Positions 60,301 through 64,000 of a stretch of DNA of 64,000 nt are shown piece by piece (the stretch's first letter is position 1; each line of letters begins with the position of its first letter). Below the pieces are notes generated by a model. That model was given only the letters and a program-made list of their open reading frames with translations. It was not told where the DNA came from and searched no databases. The translations under genes and the position numbers were made by a program. Origin of the DNA: Candidatus Poribacteria bacterium (GTDB lineage Bacteria > Poribacteria > WGA-4E > GCA-2687025); NCBI GenBank assembly GCA_963665845.2, contig OY762492.1, forward strand, positions 352,001 through 416,000. The letters run 5' to 3'.

Positions 60301-62672
60301 CCATCGACAGGCTGCGGCAGGTTCATTCCCGTCTCGCCGTTTCCGCCTTTGCCGTCTCCAGTCGGGAGCGCCGGGGCGCCTGTCTCGCCGTCCCCGCCTC
60401 CCGGGAGCGCGGACGGGGCTTCCCCCGGCAGTTCTGGAGTATCGCTCAACGGCAGGGACGGAATGCGCTGCTCCGGCGTGCTTTTCTGAAGCGTCTGAAA
60501 CAGGCTGTCCTGGACATCTTCGGTCAACTTCGCCCAGACGCCGACGGTGCGGTTGTACCGCTCGCCGTCGCTGATTTCGCCCGCTTGATACTGCTCCTGA
60601 ATCTGCCGCACCTCCTCTTCTGCCTGACTGCGCAGAGCCGCCTTGTCGACAGGCAGCACAAAGTCGGTGATTGCAAGCGACAGCCCCGAAATGGTCGCAT
60701 ATTTGAACCCGATGTCTTTCAGATGGTCAAGCATCTCCACGGCGCGCCGGTTGCCAAGCTGCTCAAAACAGTCCGAGACCAGCCTGTCCAGCTCCTTGGT
60801 TTTCATTTCACGGTTGATGAACGGCAGTCGAACCGTTTCGCCGTGTATGTCCTCGCACTCCCACAGCATCTCTTTTGGAAGGTTCTGATTGAACAGAACC
60901 CTGCCGGGCGTCGTCTGAATGACGCCGCTGTACCCGTCCGAGTCGATGCGCACATTGACCCATTCATGGATGCCGATCTTGTTGGTCTCGTAGGCGTAGA
61001 TCACATCTTCGGGGTTGGCGAAGCTGAGCGTTCGTTTCTCTTCGCTGCCGTCCGTTTCCCCGTCGATATGCCCGCCCCGCCCCAGCCTGTATTTGGAGTT
61101 CTTTTCCACATCTTTGGTGAGGTAGTTGCATCCAAGCACCATGTCCAGCTCTGGGACGGCGACGGGGTTGCCATGCGCGGGCTTCAAAATGTTCCGCGTG
61201 GACGAAAGCAGGAATTTCGCCTCAATCTGCGCTTCCGGCGAGAGCGGAACATGGACGGCCATCTGATCGCCGTCAAAATCCGCATTGAACGCCGAGCAGA
61301 CGAGCGGATGAATCCGTATCGCCTTTCCTTCCACCAGATGCGGTTGAAACGCCTGGATGCCGAGGCGGTGCAGCGTCGGCGCCCTGTTTAGAAGAACAGG
61401 ATGCTCCTCAATCACCTCCTCCAGAGCCTCCCAGACTTCGTCGTCCAGATCCTCTACCATGTTCTTGGCGTGCTTGATCGTGACGTTGTGGTCGCGCTCC
61501 TGGAGCTTGCGTATGACGAACGGCTTGAACAGGTCCAGCGCCATCTTTTTCGGCAGCCCGCACTGATGCAGTTTCAGTTCCGGACCGACGACGATGACGG
61601 CGCGCCCCGAATAGTCGACCCGTTTTCCGAGCAGGTTTTGTCGGAACCGCCCCTGTTTGCCTTTCAGCATGACGCTCAACGATTTCATCGGGCGGTTGTT
61701 ATGCCCCTTGATTTCGCGTCCATGTTTTCCGTTGTCGATGATCGCATCAACCGATTCTTGCAGCATGCGCCGTTCGTTGCGCAGGATCAGGTCCGGCGCG
61801 CTCATGCCGGACAGCTTGCGCAGCCGGTTGTTTCGGTTGATGATGCGCCTGTACAGGTCGTTCAGGTCGGAGCTGGCGAATCGGCCGCCGTCCAGGGCGA
61901 CGAGCGGGCGCAGCTCCGGCGGCATGACCGGCAGCGATTCGATGATCATCCATGAGGGATGGTTTCCGCTTTTTTGAAAGGCGCGCAGCGCGCCGAGGCG
62001 CTTGCGTATCTTCTGCTGCTTCATCTTGGAGGCGGTCGCGGCAAGCTCCGCTTCCAGATCCGCCGTTTCCTCCTCAAGCGACATGTTGTCGAGAGCTTCC
62101 TTGACAGCGGCGGCGCCCGTGTCGACGCGGAAGCGGAAGCCTTGCTTCAGCAGCTCTTGGCGCCGTTCGTCCGTGATGATCTCTTTGACCTCCAGCGGGC
62201 TGTCGCCGGGGTCCAGCGTCAAATACGCCTCGTAATAGACGACCCGCTCCAGCTCTTTGGGGGACATGTCCATGAGAAGGCTCAGGTAGCTCGGATAGCC
62301 CCTGAAGAACCAGATATGCGTCACCGGCGCGGCGAGCTGGATGTACCCCATCTTGCGCCGCCGCACATCCGATTTCGTCACCTCGACTCCGCACCGTTCG
62401 CAGACCACATCCTTATGCTTCACGCGCTTATATTTGCCGCAGTAGCATTCCCAGTCTTTGACCGGCCCGAAGATCGCCTCGCAAAAAAGGCCGTCCCGTT
62501 CGGGCTTGAAGGTCCGGTAGTTGATCGTTTCGGGCTTTTTCACCTCGCCGGTGTTGAACGAGCGCGGGTTGGCAGGTTTTGCCCATTCCCGTATCATTTC
62601 AGGGGACGCCAGATGTATTCCGATGGCGTCAAATCGACGCGCGCTGCGGGTCGTTAAAAATCGGTCCAACAT
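57333..62672 (-). CDS. rpoC: RNA polymerase beta' subunit with lineage-specific insertions
   Basis: KPETINYRT, Zn finger, [34 protein letters not shown]. Confidence 0.98.
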   Translation of the reverse strand: MLDRFLTTRSARRFDAIGIHLASPEMIREWAKPANPRSFNTGEVKKPETINYRTFKPERDGLFCEAIFGPVKDWECYCGKYKRVKHKDVVCERCGVEVTKSDVRRRKMGYIQLAAPVTHIWFFRGYPSYLSLLMDMSPKELERVVYYEAYLTLDPGDSPLEVKEIITDERRQELLKQGFRFRVDTGAAAVKEALDNMSLEEETADLEAELAATASKMKQQKIRKRLGALRAFQKSGNHPSWMIIESLPVMPPELRPLVALDGGRFASSDLNDLYRRIINRNNRLRKLSGMSAPDLILRNERRMLQESVDAIIDNGKHGREIKGHNNRPMKSLSVMLKGKQGRFRQNLLGKRVDYSGRAVIVVGPELKLHQCGLPKKMALDLFKPFVIRKLQERDHNVTIKHAKNMVEDLDDEVWEALEEVIEEHPVLLNRAPTLHRLGIQAFQPHLVEGKAIRIHPLVCSAFNADFDGDQMAVHVPLSPEAQIEAKFLLSSTRNILKPAHGNPVAVPELDMVLGCNYLTKDVEKNSKYRLGRGGHIDGETDGSEEKRTLSFANPEDVIYAYETNKIGIHEWVNVRIDSDGYSGVIQTTPGRVLFNQNLPKEMLWECEDIHGETVRLPFINREMKTKELDRLVSDCFEQLGNRRAVEMLDHLKDIGFKYATISGLSLAITDFVLPVDKAALRSQAEEEVRQIQEQYQAGEISDGERYNRTVGVWAKLTEDVQDSLFQTLQKSTPEQRIPSLPLSDTPELPGEAPSALPGGGDGETGAPALPTGDGKGGNGETGMNLPQPVDGALSADESYARGFNPEHIMADSGARARYDQMRQISGMRGLMAKPDGSIIETPIFTSLREGLSVLEFFISTHGARKGLADTAVKTSQSGYLTRKLVDVAQDVIVTEEDCGAMDGVLKTMIEADEEGSTLANVAIGRVAAKDILDPADGSVLIEAGELVTAEKAKRIDDAEVYEATFRSPLNCEAATGVCRMCYGADLSTHRLVDIGEAVGIIAAQSIGEPGTQLTMRTFHTGGAATAGTGEEAVVRVRAREGRAVFRNLETAERPNGDLIALRNGRLIVEGDGGREIENRRVPAGSVLQVQDGQRVEKEMPLFREPDYVPVLTKTAGIVRFEEIIQGDTMEESIDEATGQRDLVITEYREKIPRIKIVAEHGENAGNEIESYILPTHARLSVKEGESVSPGDTLARVPLETAKTSDIVSGLPRVQALFEASKPKDPAIITEIDGEVSFDRRVRNQQIVRVTPKDAPDNFREYKISIGKFIRVQEGDHVVAGDKLTEGLENPHDLLDVKGRDETYRHLVREIKAVYRRQGERINDKHVEVIIRQMMRKVQITDRGDSDFLVGEMATHGAFQRENRRILGTKISREETISIDDIQDGHLGGVLAEDVDNPAGGILARKGDKMTKKLIQQLRRASIPERIETATLEEAETTYYQSKLAEDVVLPDGTVLAENGASVTKKLVEMLGKQVVADTPEQISVDAAENEYRDCKIAADIPAPAGYLFAEKGSVLTKKLITRLRKAGEKTLEVAAESEESGTQIIAVSLTEAEKEHYQSTLPVDAAAPEGFFLAKKGDVITKSLAQQLRRDAIETLEAYRELPAVETIQVAIEKPYVSEVTLVLEQEARPAQAMPILQGIKRASLSTDSFISAASFEETTRVLANAAAYGRWDALTGLKENLIMGRLIPAGTGIPSNRQVEAQPVERIMRQDAIPQLPPEDPEETEADSVDENVDDSIDAALFSVLNAVSQEDSADYPLDETADDDPFYSAEDGESAEE

Positions 62673-62702
62673 GAATCATCTCTCCTTATGTTACGACTGG
62701 GT

Positions 62703-64000
62703 TCAATCGCCTGCCGCAATCTGCGAATCTTCAAACGGCGACTCCGTCTCTTCTTCCGCGTCAGGCTCTCTGCTCATCCGCTCCGCGCCAGGCTCCTCAA
62801 GCGTCACATCCAAGCACAAGCTCTGAAGCTCCTTCACCAACACATTGAACGACTCCGGTATGCCGGGGTCGGGCGTGTTTTCGCCTTTCACCATCGCCTC
62901 ATAGACGCGCGCTCTGCCGCCGACATCGTCCGATTTGATTGTCAACAGCTCCTGAAGCAGATGCGAAGCGCCGTACGCTTCCAAAGCCCACACCTCCATT
63001 TCGCCGAACCGCTGCCCGCCGAGCTGCGCCTTCCCGCCGAGCGGCTGCTGCGTCACCAGCGAATACGGACCGATCGCGCGCGCATGCAGCTTGTCTGCGG
63101 CAAGATGGTTCAGCTTCAAAATGTAATGAACGCCGACTGCCACCTTCTGATGAAACGCCTCGCCGGTGCGCCCGTCGTAAAGCGTCACTTTACCGCTCGG
63201 CGGCAAGCCCGCTTTGACCAGCTCCTCCTGAATCTCCGTCTCGCTGGCGCCATCAAATACCGGCGTGGACACTTTGAAGCCCCGCCGCTCCGCCGCCCAG
63301 CCCAGATGCGTTTCCAAAATTTGCCCGACATTCATGCGTCCAGGCACGCCAAGCGGGTTCAGCACCATGTCCACCGGCTGCCCGTCCTCCAGATACGGCA
63401 TGTCCTCAATCGGCAGTATCTTGGCGATGACGCCTTTGTTGCCGTGCCGACCCGACAGCTTGTCGCCGACCGAAATTTTGCGTTTGGCGGCGATATACGC
63501 CTTGACCAGCTTGAGAACGCCCGGCTTCAGCTCGTCGCCCTTGCGTATCTTTTCGATCTTTTCGTTTTTTTCTTCATTGACCTCTCGGATGCGCGCGTTG
63601 GCGAATTGACGCGCCTGGCGCACCTGATCCATCGCCTCCCGGTCGGCGACAGCGATATGGTCAATGTCCTGCGCCGCTTCGATCATCTCGTCCGTGACCG
63701 TCTCGCCCGGCTCTCCGATGTCGCCTTTTCCGTCCATCGCCGGCGCCGGCGCGGACAGCGTTTCGCCAATCAACAGCCGTTTCATATGCTGGCGCAGACC
63801 CTGGCGAATCAGCGAGACGCGGTTTTGGCACTGCTGCTCCGCCTCCATGACCGCCGCCTCTTCGCGCAGCTCGCTTTGGCGGTCGCGGTCGCGCTCTTTT
63901 CGGGCGAAGACGCGCGTGTCGATGACGACCCCCTCCGCGCCGGGACGCGCTTCAAGCGAGGCGTCTTTATACTCTTTCACCTTGTCGCCGAAAATGGCGC
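62703..64000 (-). CDS. rpoB: RNA polymerase beta subunit (3' part; 5' end outside window)
   Basis: [33 protein letters not shown]. Confidence 0.98.
   Translation of the reverse strand, partial: AIFGDKVKEYKDASLEARPGAEGVVIDTRVFARKERDRDRQSELREEAAVMEAEQQCQNRVSLIRQGLRQHMKRLLIGETLSAPAPAMDGKGDIGEPGETVTDEMIEAAQDIDHIAVADREAMDQVRQARQFANARIREVNEEKNEKIEKIRKGDELKPGVLKLVKAYIAAKRKISVGDKLSGRHGNKGVIAKILPIEDMPYLEDGQPVDMVLNPLGVPGRMNVGQILETHLGWAAERRGFKVSTPVFDGASETEIQEELVKAGLPPSGKVTLYDGRTGEAFHQKVAVGVHYILKLNHLAADKLHARAIGPYSLVTQQPLGGKAQLGGQRFGEMEVWALEAYGASHLLQELLTIKSDDVGGRARVYEAMVKGENTPDPGIPESFNVLVKELQSLCLDVTLEEPGAERMSREPDAEEETESPFEDSQIAAGD

Noticed and set aside
63540-63900. RpoB coiled-coil insertion as a novelty
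   Set aside because: Position matches the known beta-i9/SI2-type insertion found in many phyla

Overview
GC-rich chromosomal window, probably from a Candidatus Poribacteria-like bacterium. This assignment is an inference from secreted propeller proteins ending in a 'SVDPAGK...WG..K' motif, a DUF6785-like membrane protein and a FlgD-Ig-tailed surface protein. Housekeeping genes are clpB (partial), gltX, gap-pgk-tpiA-secG, rpoC and rpoB (partial). Accessory content: (1) a ~580-nt intergenic element after gltX (14480-15057) whose ends pair with each other and whose interior is tiled with stems, a candidate large structured ncRNA I cannot assign to a known family; (2) a translationally coupled tandem array of six mosaic ~600-650 aa membrane-protein paralogs; (3) a convergent cluster of chorismate lyase, aryl-CoA ligase, flavin-dependent halogenase, HemN-like radical SAM, Fe-ADH, PhyH dioxygenase, TonB receptor and two PQQ-type propellers; (4) a TolB-like gene flanked by a 38-bp direct repeat; (5) a DNA methyltransferase-HNH fusion; (6) about 13 GTCATTCCCG-N-CGGGAATC palindromes inside composite, nested MITE-like elements. 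Product calls come from motif recognition by eye; no database search or folding program was run.
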